NCBI GenBank assembly: GCA_001643675.2
Contig: LSRY02000049.1
Coordinates: 372,001-436,000 of the forward strand
Direction: 5' to 3'
DNA: 64,000 bases
From: Monocercomonoides exilis PA203
Lineage: Eukaryota; Protista; Preaxostyla
Under the pieces are notes generated by a model. That model did not search any database. It saw only the letters and a list, made by a program, of their open reading frames with translations, and was not told where the DNA came from. The position numbers and the translations under genes are program-made. This document shows positions 63,104 through 64,000 of this stretch, piece by piece. The number at the start of each line of letters is the position of its first letter. Positions within the stretch are counted from its first letter, which is position 1.

Positions 63104-63159
63104 AAAATAATTATCTTGATGTCCCAACACAAAAATTACAAATTGTTGACCCACAATGA
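63104..63159. promoter_or_regulatory. 56-bp head-to-head intergenic region (putative bidirectional promoter)
   Basis: Divergent ATGs at 63103 (-) and 63160 (+). Confidence 0.4.
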
Positions 63160-64000
63160 ATGGAAGAAAGAAAAATTCAAACTGATTTTGTGTCGTGGGC
63201 AAAGCAAATAGGATATGTTTTTAAGACATACAAAGAAGAAGAAGCTTTTTCAAAGCAAATTCTTGAGTTAACAAGGAATGGTTTTGGCCCTACATTCCAG
63301 CACCTTATGCTTCATATAAAAACTCCAGAACTTGCTAGACAAACAGTTGAACAACAAAAACTTCGAAAAATTGAAATAAGCAATGCAGATTCTGACAAAA
63401 TTCGAAAAGTTCCGCTTCAAGACCCTTCTTTGCTTTCAAAAGGACTCGAAATTGAAAAACAGTGTGATGAACTTCAACAGGAGGTTGACAATTACAAACA
63501 AGAAATTATAATCAAAGAAAAAAAACAATCTGAAATTTCAGAAGCAATTTCAGAATTGAGGCAGAGACGCGTTTATCTTCTTGCTGCTAACAAAATGATT
63601 GAACGTGTAATCAACACATTGAAAGAAGTTTTTGAGTTTATTAAACAAGGCATAGAATCAGAAAAAAAGAGTTGTCCTCCTGATGATGAAAGAAACCATA
63701 TTGTGAATGAAACAAGTTCTCAACTTTCCTTTGCAATTTTGAGCGATGTTGAAGTATGAACATTGATATTTAAATCATTATTTTCTATTTTTTATTTTCA
63801 AAGAGGCAAAAAAACAAGATAAAAAGTTCGCCAGAAGCGGAAGATTCTGAAGGACCAGCTTCTATCCATGATGGAACGACAACTCTTCCAACAGGTTCTG
63901 TTCTGTCCTCCTTAATTGTGCTGACAGAAGAGGCAACAAAGACTGTTGAACTTCTTACAAAAGAATTGGAAGACAATCCAATCAGCACTAATCTTTCTTC
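63160..64000 (+). CDS. Coiled-coil protein, possibly augmin subunit HAUS5/AUG5; partial
   Basis: N-terminus WAKQIGY...ILELTRNGFGPTFQHLMLHIKTPE resembles AUG5 WLQKEMGY...[23 protein letters not shown], followed by a coiled coil. Intron starts at 63754 and the gene continues off the window. Confidence 0.4.

Overview
AT-rich, intron-containing eukaryotic DNA in the standard genetic code. The gene style (short GTTT-type introns, poly-Ser/Glu tracts, giant beta-helix membrane proteins ending in a half-kinase) resembles an oxymonad such as Monocercomonoides; that assignment is inference. Housekeeping genes: HPS1-like longin protein (partial), SIRT2-class sirtuin, Y14/RBM8A, TBC1D20-like Rab GAP, CEP104, a 7-TM GPR137/TOM1-like protein, a possible HAUS5, and several hypothetical proteins. 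Two transposon-rich islands interrupt them (about 16.8-22 kb and 35.5-44.7 kb). Best findings: (1) a Merlin transposon (35545-41720, exact 8-bp TSD AAAAATAT) whose transposase is split by a 4.7-kb GGG...CCC element (36002-40718, 4-bp TSD AAAT) that has no recognisable transposase and carries host-like gene fragments; excising it restores the transposase frame. (2) Short MITEs with GGG termini and AWWT-like TSDs. (3) A 1.06-kb foldback element with 485-bp arms. (4) A sirtuin with a ~1040-aa insertion inside its catalytic domain, completed by an exon the ORF track misses. (5) A 2752-aa receptor-like pseudokinase and a decayed paralog sharing a nearly identical ~1.1-kb tract. No rRNA, tRNA or CRISPR array was seen.
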